A DNA stretch of 64,000 nt, taken from positions 1 to 64,000 of the IMG/VR virus record IMGVR_UViG_2808606954_000002; one strand, 5' to 3'. The number at the start of each line of letters is the position of its first letter. Positions within the stretch are counted from its first letter, which is position 1. The translations under genes and the position numbers were made by a program. The notes under the pieces were generated by a model. It saw only the letters and a program-made list of their open reading frames with translations. It searched no databases and had not been told where the DNA came from. This DNA comes from a virus. Taxonomy: Duplodnaviria > Caudoviricetes. Positions 1 to 9,631 of this stretch are shown piece by piece.

Positions 1-507
1 TTATGTTCCAATTCGTCTAAGGGCTGTTACTTTGCGCAAAGCGCCCTTGCCTTGACCAAGTGTAGCGAAGTCTTTGGTTAAAAATTCCAAGATCGTTTCC
101 TCACCAGCTAAAACTAGGTGTGGCTCGAGTTGGCTGGCCAAGGCGCGCCCATCTTTACTCAGTTTGTATTGATCCTTATTCACCAGCTCTATGTCTAGGA
201 GGCCTTTTCCAATCAGATTATGTAGAGCCTGCGCTTGAATACCCCCCATTTTATCGTAAAGGATTGCAGGAGATGGAAGCTGAATGAAAGTTTCTTCAGG
301 TTTAGGTACCCGTAATTCTTTAAAAATATTACGAACATCGTTTGTCATGTGTGTCTTGTGTAGCAAGGTAGGGTTGACAAAGTAAAAGTCAGACACAAAT
401 AATCTATCGCTACTTGGTGGCTCCAGTTTCCAATTTGACAACAGGGCAATATACCGTCGCATGGTATCGAAGAGATCAAGTTGCGCATACCAGAGACGAT
501 ATGTCAT
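1..507 (-). CDS. ABC-three-component (Lamassu-like) middle component, MC5/LmuC-like
   Basis: 168 aa, overlaps the stop of the upstream effector gene by 4 nt. The N-terminus (YRLWYAQLDLFDTMRRYIALL) resembles ABC-3C middle components. AT-rich. Confidence 0.5.
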   Translation of the reverse strand: MTYRLWYAQLDLFDTMRRYIALLSNWKLEPPSSDRLFVSDFYFVNPTLLHKTHMTNDVRNIFKELRVPKPEETFIQLPSPAILYDKMGGIQAQALHNLIGKGLLDIELVNKDQYKLSKDGRALASQLEPHLVLAGEETILEFLTKDFATLGQGKGALRKVTALRRIGT

Positions 508-1700
508 GGTTTATCCCAACGAATATGACATTGCTCGGTTAAATAGTACATTGCATTTACTATTGTTTTAGATGTCGCATTTCTAGAGTTGTATTTTTGA
601 GTAAGCGGGTCAATTATGTTAATTTGAATTGAGTTAGCTATTGACGTTTCATCAGCATCTTTACAGATCAAGGGGTTAAATACATGCATTTTGAATCTTG
701 TTTCTATGTCAGCTAAAAGTTCTTTATGAAATGATGTCATTTTTGTCTTGAGGCCGTTTTTAATAAACGGGCGCGCAAACTTATTTTGCGAATCATTTGC
801 CTGGGGGTACTCATGCTCTCTTCCTGCAGCGATCATCTTCTCTAACAACTCACGCCTATCGTTTGGGTTGGGCTCTTCGAGCTCGTCATCCGGAAATTCT
901 TCTGGGTAGTCCTCACACCTTGGCGGTGTCGGTGCCATTTTCTTAATGTGACGCTTTATGGTGCTATAGAGGAAACTGTTTCTGTCATGTGGCTTACAGA
1001 TGCTTTGGTGGTCTGCTTCGATCGCAACCGGCATCACTCCGTTTACACCTGGGTCGGCACTTTTCATGTCCACAACAAGAAAACTTTTTTTCGTTTTGTG
1101 CATCTCATAGTAAACGTGAACTTCTATATGGCTTTTAAAGCATCTTGCGCGAAAGCTCTCGTTTAATTGAGTCAACTCAGCGCTATCGTTTTCTAATGTC
1201 TTGGCAACGGGAGATGTGATTTCATTCAGCAACGTACTTAATATGCTAGCAAGACTTGAACCAGAGTGAGGTGTGGCAATAAAAAAAATACCTTTGCACT
1301 GCAGATCTATTTTTTTCCAATCATCATCTAATGAATCTATTGCTGTTCTCAAAATTTGTTTAACTAATATGCCGCCGAGGCTGTGACATATGAATATTAC
1401 AGGACGACTGCCAATTTCGTTGTTTGCCAATGTATCAAGGACGTTTTTCGCGCGCTCATATAAGTTCATCTCTTTCTTGGCCCATTTGGCAAATATGCTC
1501 GCTGGATAGCCGAGGCTGTAAAGATTGAGATGTGGAATATCCGAAGCAAGCCATTTGGGCCAATATCCACCTTCAGTTTCAGGGGATTCTTCGTTTGTCC
1601 ATGTTTCCTGAGCATCGCCCGACAGGCCATGGACGAATATAACGTCAGTGTTTCCGTTGGTTGCTGAAATGGTTGAAAAGAGGGTTGATGATGACGACAC
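504..1700 (-). CDS. Alpha/beta-hydrolase (lipase-like) effector fused to an ABC-3C C-terminal domain (LmuA-like)
   Basis: Hydrolase motifs VIFVHGL, nucleophile elbow CHSLGG, FFIATPHSGS and DHQSICKP. About 130-aa C-terminal domain ending YYLTEQCHIRWDKP. GTG start. Confidence 0.6.
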   Translation of the reverse strand: MSSSSTLFSTISATNGNTDVIFVHGLSGDAQETWTNEESPETEGGYWPKWLASDIPHLNLYSLGYPASIFAKWAKKEMNLYERAKNVLDTLANNEIGSRPVIFICHSLGGILVKQILRTAIDSLDDDWKKIDLQCKGIFFIATPHSGSSLASILSTLLNEITSPVAKTLENDSAELTQLNESFRARCFKSHIEVHVYYEMHKTKKSFLVVDMKSADPGVNGVMPVAIEADHQSICKPHDRNSFLYSTIKRHIKKMAPTPPRCEDYPEEFPDDELEEPNPNDRRELLEKMIAAGREHEYPQANDSQNKFARPFIKNGLKTKMTSFHKELLADIETRFKMHVFNPLICKDADETSIANSIQINIIDPLTQKYNSRNATSKTIVNAMYYLTEQCHIRWDKP

Positions 1701-1775
1701 TTAAATGCTCATTGTTCGAATCGGTTGTACAACTTTAAATTATGACATTTGCAACGCAACGCTTATATTCGGTTA

Positions 1776-1782
1776 AAAGCTG
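1776..1782 (+). repeat. Candidate left 5-bp target-site duplication AAAGC plus terminal TG
   Basis: AAAGC|TG at 1776-1782, matched by CA|AAAGC at 37333-37339. Could be chance. Confidence 0.3.
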
Positions 1783-1817
1783 ATAATAATCGATGCTTTT
1801 TAGTTTTTGAGTGAATT

Positions 1818-2504
1818 TTAAGGCGGGTGGCCCACAAAGATCACCCGCCCAACGACCACCAAATCCTCAACCCGGTTGGCGTCGAAGGTTTCGACTGGGT
1901 ATTTCCCGGCGAGGTTATCTGAGATCAGGTCTAGTCTTCCGTCCATTCGCCAGTTAGCGCGTTTGACCAGCACCGCGTTGCCGACGCTGAAGACGTAGAT
2001 GCGGCCGTGGTCTACGGTGGTTTGGCTTGCGTCTACGATCATTAGGGAATTGTCTGGGATTGAGGGGAGCATGCTGTCGCCTGTTGACCACATCAAGAAG
2101 CACTTGTCGGGGGAGCCGCCAAGGTCTCTCAGGAACTTGCGTTCGAATGCCGTTTCGCTGGTGGGCATTTGATTGACGGCAATAAGGCCGTTACCCGCCG
2201 ATGCTCGGACGTCGTATTGAGGCATCAATACGAAATCACGGCTCTCTGTCGCGGATAGCTGATTCGCAGAGTTGTCGAGCGTCATGTCTCCTTGACCAGT
2301 AAATAGCCAATTGAGATTTATATTTTTCTCGCGTTGCAGCGTGGCCAAAAAAGCCCAGTCTGGTGATCTATCTCCGCGCTCGTAATTGCCGAGCGTGCCA
2401 TCGTTTACGCCAATACTCTCAGCGAATTCACGACGATCCATACCTTTTCTAAGCTCGGCTAACCGAGCTCCCAGGCCATTGGCTATTTTTGCTGGTCTTC
2501 CCAT
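1818..2504 (-). CDS. Mu-like prophage repressor, XRE HTH plus S24 peptidase (RecA-cleavable type)
   Basis: HTH (TLGNYERGDRSP), cleavage motif ASAG, catalytic GDSM and VKR 37 aa apart. Divergent from ner. Confidence 0.9.
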   Translation of the reverse strand: MGRPAKIANGLGARLAELRKGMDRREFAESIGVNDGTLGNYERGDRSPDWAFLATLQREKNINLNWLFTGQGDMTLDNSANQLSATESRDFVLMPQYDVRASAGNGLIAVNQMPTSETAFERKFLRDLGGSPDKCFLMWSTGDSMLPSIPDNSLMIVDASQTTVDHGRIYVFSVGNAVLVKRANWRMDGRLDLISDNLAGKYPVETFDANRVEDLVVVGRVIFVGHPP

Positions 2505-2629
2505 AAATATCTCAACGAATGGGGTTTACTAAATCCCAAACGATGATATTCTCCTCTATAAATACAGACCAAATCACCCATGAAAAAGGAGGCCAGTCAG
2601 GGCCTCCCCGTTCACAACGAGGAACTATT

Positions 2630-2968
2630 ATGCACCGTGCCCGTACTGCGGACAAGGCAGCGAAACTGCGCCTTGATGAGATTAATCGCATAAAGGCGAG
2701 GCTGAATGTTGCAGGCCTCACGCTGTTGGCGATTGACCGAGACTATGGCTTGCCACGCGGCACGGCCGGAAACACTTTGCAACAGGCCAATCTGGCAGGC
2801 GAACGCGCCATTGCCGCTGCCTTGAAAACCCGCCCGCATCTGCTGTGGCGCAGCCGCTATCACCCAAGTGGTGAGCGCCGCACGCCGCAGCCAGCTGAGA
2901 ATTACCAGCGGCCGCCCAACATGGAAAAGCGCCGCCTTCAAAGCTCCGGCACCCGCGAGGCTGCCTGA
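2630..2968 (+). CDS. ner: Ner-like transcriptional regulator
   Basis: ERAIAAALKTRPHLLWRSRY Ner signature. GAGGA RBS before ATG 2630. Confidence 0.8.
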   Translation: MHRARTADKAAKLRLDEINRIKARLNVAGLTLLAIDRDYGLPRGTAGNTLQQANLAGERAIAAALKTRPHLLWRSRYHPSGERRTPQPAENYQRPPNMEKRRLQSSGTREAA

Positions 2969-3201
2969 GGTGTGGTGCGGATGGCCTGCTGTTCTAGCCT
3001 TTAGCATCCGGGTTTTCACCGGCAGAACCTCAGACACTCCGTTGCAGAAGGTCTTTGCTCCGGCTGTCCAGTCCGTCCATCCGCGCCACACGTAAACAAT
3101 TTCCCAAATTGACGAGTGCCACAATGACAAATCGACACACTGAAATTGTCACGAAACGCCCCTTTATACCGTCGTTTTCACCCATTTGCCGGGTGGCCGA
3201 T

Positions 3202-3282
3202 ATGGTTTTGCTGTTTGCTATCTCTCTTGCTGGCCTTGCCGCTGCTTTGATTGTTTTGATCAGGCAGGTACTGCCATGCTGA
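3202..3282 (+). CDS. Small hydrophobic peptide (26 aa)
   Basis: MVLLFAISLAGLAAALIVLIRQVLPC; overlaps the next start. Confidence 0.35.
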   Translation: MVLLFAISLAGLAAALIVLIRQVLPC

Positions 3283-3626
3283 ACCTTCATTCCCAGGCAT
3301 CAATCCATGACGGCGTATTTCATGCCTGCGTTATGGCGGTGCGGGACGGCTTTCCGCATTTGTCGGTGCAGACGATTATTGATCCGCCGCATGAGTGGTT
3401 TGATGCCGCTTTGGCGCGTCAGGTGGTTATTCACATGATGGTGCGGGTGTTTTTGATCCCCAAGCGGCGTGTGGTGGAGCATCAGGATCGATCCCGCGAG
3501 GCCGTTAACCGGGCGCTGCGCACCATTGATGCGCGCCTCAATAGCCCAAGATTTGAACAGCATTACTGCAAGATGGCTGCCGCTGCGCGCGCCTCGCTGT
3601 ATGCCCGTATGGAGGACGCTGCCTGA
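3276..3626 (+). CDS. Phage early hypothetical protein (possible HTH)
   Basis: Translationally coupled to the neighbouring genes in the early operon. Confidence 0.6.
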   Translation: MLNLHSQASIHDGVFHACVMAVRDGFPHLSVQTIIDPPHEWFDAALARQVVIHMMVRVFLIPKRRVVEHQDRSREAVNRALRTIDARLNSPRFEQHYCKMAAAARASLYARMEDAA

Positions 3627-4480
3627 TGGCTGAGTTTGCCCGTATTCCTCTTTCCAGTATCCACATCGGTGTCCGCACGCGCCCTGTGGATGATGACCAC
3701 GCTCTGGCCATTTCGGCGTCAATGGCCGAGCGTGGTCTGATCAACCCCATTACGCTGCGCAAGACGCCTGCCGCCAACAAGGGTGCAACGCCTTATACAC
3801 TGGTGGCGGGCGGCCATCGTTTGCGGGCGGCAGAGCTGAACCAATGGACCGAGATTGACGCGATTGTTGTTGCTGCCGATGCGGTGGAAGGGCAGTTGAT
3901 CGAGATTTCGGAGAACCTTTACCGCAATGAGCTTTCCAAACTGGATCGCGCTGTGTTCGTGCTGACCTTCCGCGAATTGTGGGAAGAAAAACATGGCAAG
4001 ATTGAGCGTGGGCGTTACGCAGATAAAAAGGCCAATGATTGGCCTTTTGAAAAACAGGGCAATGATTGCCCTTTTTACATGGCGCCCGGAAAGGAGCTTT
4101 CAGAGCGGGTGCAAGAGCGTCTCGGCTTTGGCAAAAGCACCTATAAATATGTGACCACCATTGGCCAGCGTCTCTATCCGCCCTTGCGGGCGGCGCTGCG
4201 GGGAACGCCTTTTGCCGATGATCAGGCTTTGCTTTTGAAGCTTGCCAAGAAGGGGCCGACCGAACAGGCGCAAATTCTGGCCGCCATGGAGACCGAGCCG
4301 GATGTGCGCAAGATCCTGTCATGGATGGGAGCACCCAAGACCTCGGTTGATGCGCAAACCAAGCAGGCTGTCATTCTCACCACGCTGCAAAAGGCGTGGA
4401 AGGATGCGAATGAGGCGACCCGGCATAGCTTTCTGCAATCGATCGGCATGGCGGATGAGTTTCAAGAGGCTGCACAATGA
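3626..4480 (+). CDS. ParB/Srx N-terminal domain protein
   Basis: GLINPITLR...LVAGGHRLRA...EISENLYRNEL ParB motifs. Confidence 0.85.
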   Translation: MAEFARIPLSSIHIGVRTRPVDDDHALAISASMAERGLINPITLRKTPAANKGATPYTLVAGGHRLRAAELNQWTEIDAIVVAADAVEGQLIEISENLYRNELSKLDRAVFVLTFRELWEEKHGKIERGRYADKKANDWPFEKQGNDCPFYMAPGKELSERVQERLGFGKSTYKYVTTIGQRLYPPLRAALRGTPFADDQALLLKLAKKGPTEQAQILAAMETEPDVRKILSWMGAPKTSVDAQTKQAVILTTLQKAWKDANEATRHSFLQSIGMADEFQEAAQ

Positions 4481-4941
4481 GCAAGCCCGATCCCTCCCAG
4501 CTCGATTTTTTTGCCCAGCCGGTGTTTCCAGTGCGCGACGGGGCAAAGCAGGTTGATGTTGATCGCTATCGCACCAAGATCAAACGGGCCATGGCCCGCG
4601 CGATCCGCGAGTGTGACTATGATCGGCCAACGATTGCCGCCCGTATGGCGCATTATCTGGGTCTGCCCAATATCAGCAAGACTACGCTGGACGCCTATAC
4701 GGCTGAGAGCCGGAACGGCCATGATGTGACATTGATCCGCTTCACAGCCTTTGTGCATGCCACGGGCGCGCTCTGGCTTTGGGACGAGGTTGCCTCGGTG
4801 CAGGGCGTCACCGTGCTGATTGGTGATGAGGCTCGATTGGCCGAGATTTCAAGGTTACGGCAGGAGCGCAAGCGCATTGAGGCGGAAATCCGCCGTCAGA
4901 GCGCGCGTCCCGTCACGTTGGTATCAAGGGGGCGGGGATGA
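4477..4941 (+). CDS. Phage early hypothetical protein
   Basis: ATGA-coupled between ParB and the transposase. Confidence 0.65.
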   Translation: MSKPDPSQLDFFAQPVFPVRDGAKQVDVDRYRTKIKRAMARAIRECDYDRPTIAARMAHYLGLPNISKTTLDAYTAESRNGHDVTLIRFTAFVHATGALWLWDEVASVQGVTVLIGDEARLAEISRLRQERKRIEAEIRRQSARPVTLVSRGRG

Positions 4942-7022
4942 AAGAGTGGTTTTCCCTCGCGGAACTGGCCGAACTTAGCTTGCCAGACCTGCCGCATAAT
5001 GTGCCGAGCCTGCACCGGCTTGCAACCTCGCAGCATTGGCGCGGCCACACTGGCCTTGCCCGCCAGGTGAAGGGCGAGACGAAGAAGGTCTGGGAATATC
5101 ATATTTCGCTACTGCCGATTTCTGCGCAAACCCGGATCAAGATTGCAGCCTCGGCCTCTACGCCTGAGGAATGGAAAGCCATTCGGGAGCGTAAAAACCA
5201 GCTTTGGGCACGCTTTGAAAGGCTTTCAAACGAGCATCGAGACATCTGTAAAACCCGTTTGAACGTGCTTTGCCGGGTCGAGGAACTGGCCGCACATAAG
5301 GGCGTGAACCGTGTGGCAGCCATTGCCATTGCCACGGCTGACGCTGGCGTTCAGAAATCCGCTTATTATGAGTGGAAGGCTTTGACCGACGGGCTGGACC
5401 GGGAAGACTGGCTGGCGGCTTTGGCTCCATCTTTCTCACCGGCTGTTGATGGCGTTGTGCCGGATATGAGTGACATTCATCCCGATGCGTGGATGTTTTT
5501 GAAATCCGATTATCTGCGACCGGAAAAGCCTGCTTTCGCGGCCTGCTATCGCCGCATGATGAAAGTAGCCAAGCGCGAAAAGTGGGCACCGATACCGTCC
5601 GAGCGTACGTTGCGCCGTCGCTTTGAACGTGAAGTGGGCAAGGCTGTAACACTGCTAAAGCGGAGTGGCAGAGATAAAGCGAAAGCGCTTTACCCGACAC
5701 AGCGCCGTAGCCGCGCCCATCTGCATGCCATGGAAATGGTCAACATGGATGGCCACAAGATCGATGTGTTCGTGTCGGTTCCATGGAAAAAAGAGCCGAC
5801 CCGGATGTTCGTCATCGGTATTCAGGATCTCTATTCCGGCAAGATCCTGTCATGGCGGCTATCGGAAAACGAAACATGGGAAGCGGTGCGTCTGGTCATT
5901 GGCGATATGGTCGAGGCCTTCGGCATTCCTGAAGACATCTATCTCGATAACGGCAAGGCCTTTGCCAGCAAGTGGATCACGGGGGGCACGGTCAACCGTT
6001 TTCGTTTCAAGGTGAAGCCGGAAGATCCGCGCGGCCTGCTGACCACACTTGGCGTCAATGTGCATTGGACCCGGCCATATTCAGGCCAGTCTAAGCCGAT
6101 CGAGCGTGCCTGGCGCGATCTGGCGGAAAACATTGCCAAGCATCCATTTTGCTCCGGGGCCTATAGCGGCAATAAGCCGGATGCCAAGCCGGAAAATTAC
6201 ATGGATCGCGCTATTCCGCTGGAAGATTTTCGCATGCATGTGGCGGCTCAGATTGTTGAGCATAATGCACAAGCTGGTCGTCGGGCCGAGAATTGCAGGG
6301 GGCGCAGCTTTGACGAAACCTTTGCGGCTTCGATGGCGGCACCCTCGACCATCGTTCGAGTTCCATCGAAGGCGCAGGCCTCATTGTGGTTGCTGGCGTC
6401 CGATGCGATCAAGACCCAGAAGGCCAGCGGTGCGGTGCATTTCCAAGGCAACCGCTATTGGAACCGGGCGCTGAACGAATGGGCCGGAAAACAGGTGATC
6501 ATCCGGTTTGATCCTGATGTGCTGCACAAGCCGATCAAGGTCTACGACCTGAAAAACCGCATGATCTGCGAGGCGGAATGTGTGGCCGATGCAGGCTTTG
6601 ACAACATTGATGATGCCCGCCTGCATGCTCGTGCAGTGAAGACGCACCAAAAGGCGGTGGCTGCCAAGGCCGAGGCGGAAGCAGCACTCTCCGCGCAGCA
6701 GCTGGGCGAGATTTATTACAAAGGGTCGAAACCACCGAAGCCAGCAGATACGCCGGAGCCAATCCGGCCAACGGTGACGCGGCTTATCACCCGCAATCAG
6801 CAGATGGAAGCGCCGGTCGAGGCGATTTCCGATCAGCATTTTGAAGACAGTTTTTCCCGCGCTCTCGGCTTGGTGCAAGACCAGCTGCTGGGCGGTGGGA
6901 TCATTGAATTCCCGAGAGGGAATAACCCGGTGTCGCGTGTTTCTGATGCCGGGAGTAACGAGCCGAAAAGTAATGCGTACGGTTCCGGAAAAAAGAAAGG
7001 CAGTCCGAAGACTGCCAGATAA
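4938..7022 (+). CDS. Mu-like DDE transposase A
   Basis: N-terminal Mu HTH (MKEWFSLAELA), DDE core (NMDGH...YLDNGKAF...KPIERAW), Mu C-terminal domain. Confidence 0.95.
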   Translation: MKEWFSLAELAELSLPDLPHNVPSLHRLATSQHWRGHTGLARQVKGETKKVWEYHISLLPISAQTRIKIAASASTPEEWKAIRERKNQLWARFERLSNEHRDICKTRLNVLCRVEELAAHKGVNRVAAIAIATADAGVQKSAYYEWKALTDGLDREDWLAALAPSFSPAVDGVVPDMSDIHPDAWMFLKSDYLRPEKPAFAACYRRMMKVAKREKWAPIPSERTLRRRFEREVGKAVTLLKRSGRDKAKALYPTQRRSRAHLHAMEMVNMDGHKIDVFVSVPWKKEPTRMFVIGIQDLYSGKILSWRLSENETWEAVRLVIGDMVEAFGIPEDIYLDNGKAFASKWITGGTVNRFRFKVKPEDPRGLLTTLGVNVHWTRPYSGQSKPIERAWRDLAENIAKHPFCSGAYSGNKPDAKPENYMDRAIPLEDFRMHVAAQIVEHNAQAGRRAENCRGRSFDETFAASMAAPSTIVRVPSKAQASLWLLASDAIKTQKASGAVHFQGNRYWNRALNEWAGKQVIIRFDPDVLHKPIKVYDLKNRMICEAECVADAGFDNIDDARLHARAVKTHQKAVAAKAEAEAALSAQQLGEIYYKGSKPPKPADTPEPIRPTVTRLITRNQQMEAPVEAISDQHFEDSFSRALGLVQDQLLGGGIIEFPRGNNPVSRVSDAGSNEPKSNAYGSGKKKGSPKTAR

Positions 7023-7060
7023 TCGGCCCGAAAAGGGCTATTTCACGGAGCTAATTGTAA

Positions 7061-8104
7061 ATGAACAAGTATATCAACACAAGTCCAATTCCCGGCCAGT
7101 TTAATGCTGGGTCGTGGGAACGGCCTTTGCAGGCACCCGAATTGTCGGCCAACAAGAGTGAGGCCGATATTGAAAAATGGTGGGAGCTGGTGGATCGGGT
7201 GATTGCTGTTGCCCGCCAGTTTCGCTGGACCAAGGCGGAAGTCACCCGCCGTTCCGGCATGAAGGACGGCACCTTCAGCCAGTGGTTTTCCGGGCGGTAT
7301 GAAGGTCGCCTCGACGGCCACAACGCCATGATTGAACAATGGCTCGATGCCCTGGAAGCCAGCGCCAGTGTGGCGGCGATGATCCCGCAATCGCCAAACT
7401 TCATGAAGTTGCGCGGCTCGGCCGAAGTGCTGGAGACATTGCTCTGGGCGCAGATATGCCCGGATCTGGTGATGATCACGTTGGGTGCTGGCATGGGTAA
7501 AACGGCGACCTGCGAGTATTTCACCAATACCCGGCCGCATGTCTATCATGCCACCGTGTCTGAGAGCACCAAGACCGTCCACGGCATGTTGACCGAATTG
7601 GCCGAGCAGCTCGGTGTGCAGGAAAACAATCCGGCCCGCTTGGCCCGTGCCATTGGCATGAAGCTGAAGCGCACCGGTGATGGCACCTTGCTGATTGTCG
7701 ATGAGGGGCAGCACCTCAATGACGAAGCGCTCAACCAGCTTCGTCATTTCGTGGATGTTTATAAATGCGGTGTAGCCGTTGTTGGCAATTCCGAGGTTTA
7801 CAGCCGCTTTGCCAGCAACCGCAAAGGCCCAAGCTATGCCCAGCTGAAAAGCCGTATCGGCAAACGCTTGCAACGGGCGCAGCCTTATGCCGATGATCTG
7901 CAAACCTACATTGCCGCCTGGAAGGTGACCGATCCGGCCTGCATCAAGTTCCTGATGGGCATTGGCTTGAAGGGCGGGGCGTTTCGCCAGATCGAAAAGA
8001 CTATGCGCATGGCGCTGATGGTGGCGCTTGGGGCTGGAACTGAGGTGAGCCTTAAGGACATTCAGGCCGCATGGAAAAACCGCGATGTGGAGGACATGGC
8101 ATGA
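7061..8104 (+). CDS. MuB-like AAA+ transposition ATPase
   Basis: Walker A GAGMGKT, Walker B LIVDEGQ, N-terminal HTH. Confidence 0.9.
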   Translation: MNKYINTSPIPGQFNAGSWERPLQAPELSANKSEADIEKWWELVDRVIAVARQFRWTKAEVTRRSGMKDGTFSQWFSGRYEGRLDGHNAMIEQWLDALEASASVAAMIPQSPNFMKLRGSAEVLETLLWAQICPDLVMITLGAGMGKTATCEYFTNTRPHVYHATVSESTKTVHGMLTELAEQLGVQENNPARLARAIGMKLKRTGDGTLLIVDEGQHLNDEALNQLRHFVDVYKCGVAVVGNSEVYSRFASNRKGPSYAQLKSRIGKRLQRAQPYADDLQTYIAAWKVTDPACIKFLMGIGLKGGAFRQIEKTMRMALMVALGAGTEVSLKDIQAAWKNRDVEDMA

Positions 8105-8373
8105 TCCTCTCTCAAGAACTTGATGCGATGGCGCGTGATTTTTGCAGCGGGCGGGCCATCGCCCAGGACGAGCTGTTCGATATTGGCCGCTCGGTGGCAC
8201 TGCTGGCAAAGCTTGCGAAAAATCAGGAAAGCGAACTGGCGGTTCACCGGCTTATAGAGGCCGGGAAGGCCGGGCGCGTGGTGGTCGATCAACTGGCCAC
8301 CGAGCAGTTTTCCCAACTGGTGAAGGATGCGGACAGCAAGGTGATCCGCCCGGATTTTCGGGGGCGCTCATGA
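8101..8373 (+). CDS. Phage hypothetical protein
   Basis: Coupled to MuB (ATGA overlap). Confidence 0.6.
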   Translation: MILSQELDAMARDFCSGRAIAQDELFDIGRSVALLAKLAKNQESELAVHRLIEAGKAGRVVVDQLATEQFSQLVKDADSKVIRPDFRGRS

Positions 8374-8678
8374 GCTGCGCACCCATTCCTTCCGATCTGA
8401 TCCATGTCATCTGCCAGAGCCTGCGCGAGTTTGAGCACACAGGCCTTCAGCTTGCTCCCAGCCATGTCACCAAGCTTTTGACCAACCTTCGCACCGTGCG
8501 CGAGCTGTCGCGCGAGATGGAAGAGGAGATGCGTATTCTGGAGCGTCGGCTTCAGGAGGTTGAGCGTGGTGGCAAGGGCATGGGTTCGGTCATCATCGAT
8601 CTCACCGCCAGCAATGTGGTGCGCTTTCCCACGCGGGTTCGTGTGGTGGCACCGCGAGATGGAGGGGACGCGGCATGA
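8370..8678 (+). CDS. Phage hypothetical protein
   Basis: Coupled ORF in the semi-essential early region; start reassigned to 8370. Confidence 0.55.
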   Translation: MSCAPIPSDLIHVICQSLREFEHTGLQLAPSHVTKLLTNLRTVRELSREMEEEMRILERRLQEVERGGKGMGSVIIDLTASNVVRFPTRVRVVAPRDGGDAA

Positions 8679-8962
8679 AAACGCTCATTGTCCCCATCGA
8701 GATCCCGGTTGATCAACTGGTCGAAGCTGCTGCCCCTCGCTTGCTCAAAGCGATCCGGGTGGCAAAGCGGGAAGAAAGGGCGGCGATTGAGCGCCGCCCG
8801 ATGGATGAAGCCCTCGTGAATGCCGCCAAACAGCACTGGAAGGCACTTGATCGATACGAGGCCAGCGTTGGAACGCGCGATGAGAGAAGGGCGCTGAACG
8901 CCCTTCTTGCCACATCAAAAGGCATTCGAAATGCCACCAAAGATCTGCACGTAAAGGATTGA
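8675..8962 (+). CDS. Phage hypothetical protein
   Basis: GGGGA RBS, ATGA coupling. Confidence 0.55.
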   Translation: MKTLIVPIEIPVDQLVEAAAPRLLKAIRVAKREERAAIERRPMDEALVNAAKQHWKALDRYEASVGTRDERRALNALLATSKGIRNATKDLHVKD

Positions 8963-8966
8963 AACG

Positions 8967-9620
8967 ATGGAAGCCGTTATTTTGGAAGATACCCGCGACG
9001 ATGGCGTGACCATCATCAATGGCCGGGAGTTCATGGAAGATGCCAAGGGCAGCCTTGTGCCGATTGCCAATGTCAAACCCGAATACAAGCTGCAAGACGA
9101 AACCGTCCGCAAGATCATGAAATATGCAGTCGAACTGTCGGCGCAGATTGCCCGGTTTCGCAGCCACACCGTTGCCGATCTCGGGGCATTCGATGCACTG
9201 CTGGCGCAGGAATATGGCGCAAAGATTGGTGGCCAGAAAGGCAATCGCACCTACCAGACATTTGATGGTCTTATGAAAGTTCAGGTGCAGGTGTCAGACC
9301 AGATCAGCTTTGGGCCACAGCTGCAAATCGCCAAGGGTTTGATCGACGAGTGCCTGACCGAATGGTCGGCCGAGAGTCGCCCGGAAATTCAGGCGATAGT
9401 GACGCGGGCCTTCAATACCGACAAGGAAGGCCAGATCAACAAATCCGAATTGTTCATGTTGCTGCGCCTCGACATTTCTGACGAGCGCTGGAAGCGCGCC
9501 ATGGAGGCCATCCGCAACTCCATCACCGTCACCGGCTCCAAGGAATATGTGCGGTTTTATATGCGGCCGAGCAAGGATGACAGCTGGAGCGCGGTCACCA
9601 TTGATCTGGCAAAAGTGTGA
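8967..9620 (+). CDS. DUF3164 family (Gam-like) protein
   Basis: KGNRTYQTFDG...LFMLLRLDISDERWKRAMEAI signature. Confidence 0.8.
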   Translation: MEAVILEDTRDDGVTIINGREFMEDAKGSLVPIANVKPEYKLQDETVRKIMKYAVELSAQIARFRSHTVADLGAFDALLAQEYGAKIGGQKGNRTYQTFDGLMKVQVQVSDQISFGPQLQIAKGLIDECLTEWSAESRPEIQAIVTRAFNTDKEGQINKSELFMLLRLDISDERWKRAMEAIRNSITVTGSKEYVRFYMRPSKDDSWSAVTIDLAKV

Positions 9621-9631
9621 GGAGCAGGGTG

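Noticed and set aside
2518-2528. AATGGGGTTTA shared with 16928-16938 (inside an 8-bp inverted repeat)
   Set aside because: Only two copies of 11 bp; a role as a repressor, IHF or gyrase site cannot be supported from sequence alone.
7043-8209. Long antisense ORFs (also 15569-16585, 22787-23704, 52825-53649, 55225-56319, 58931-59911)
   Set aside because: They are shadows of well-supported genes on the opposite strand in GC-rich DNA, with no recognisable motifs.
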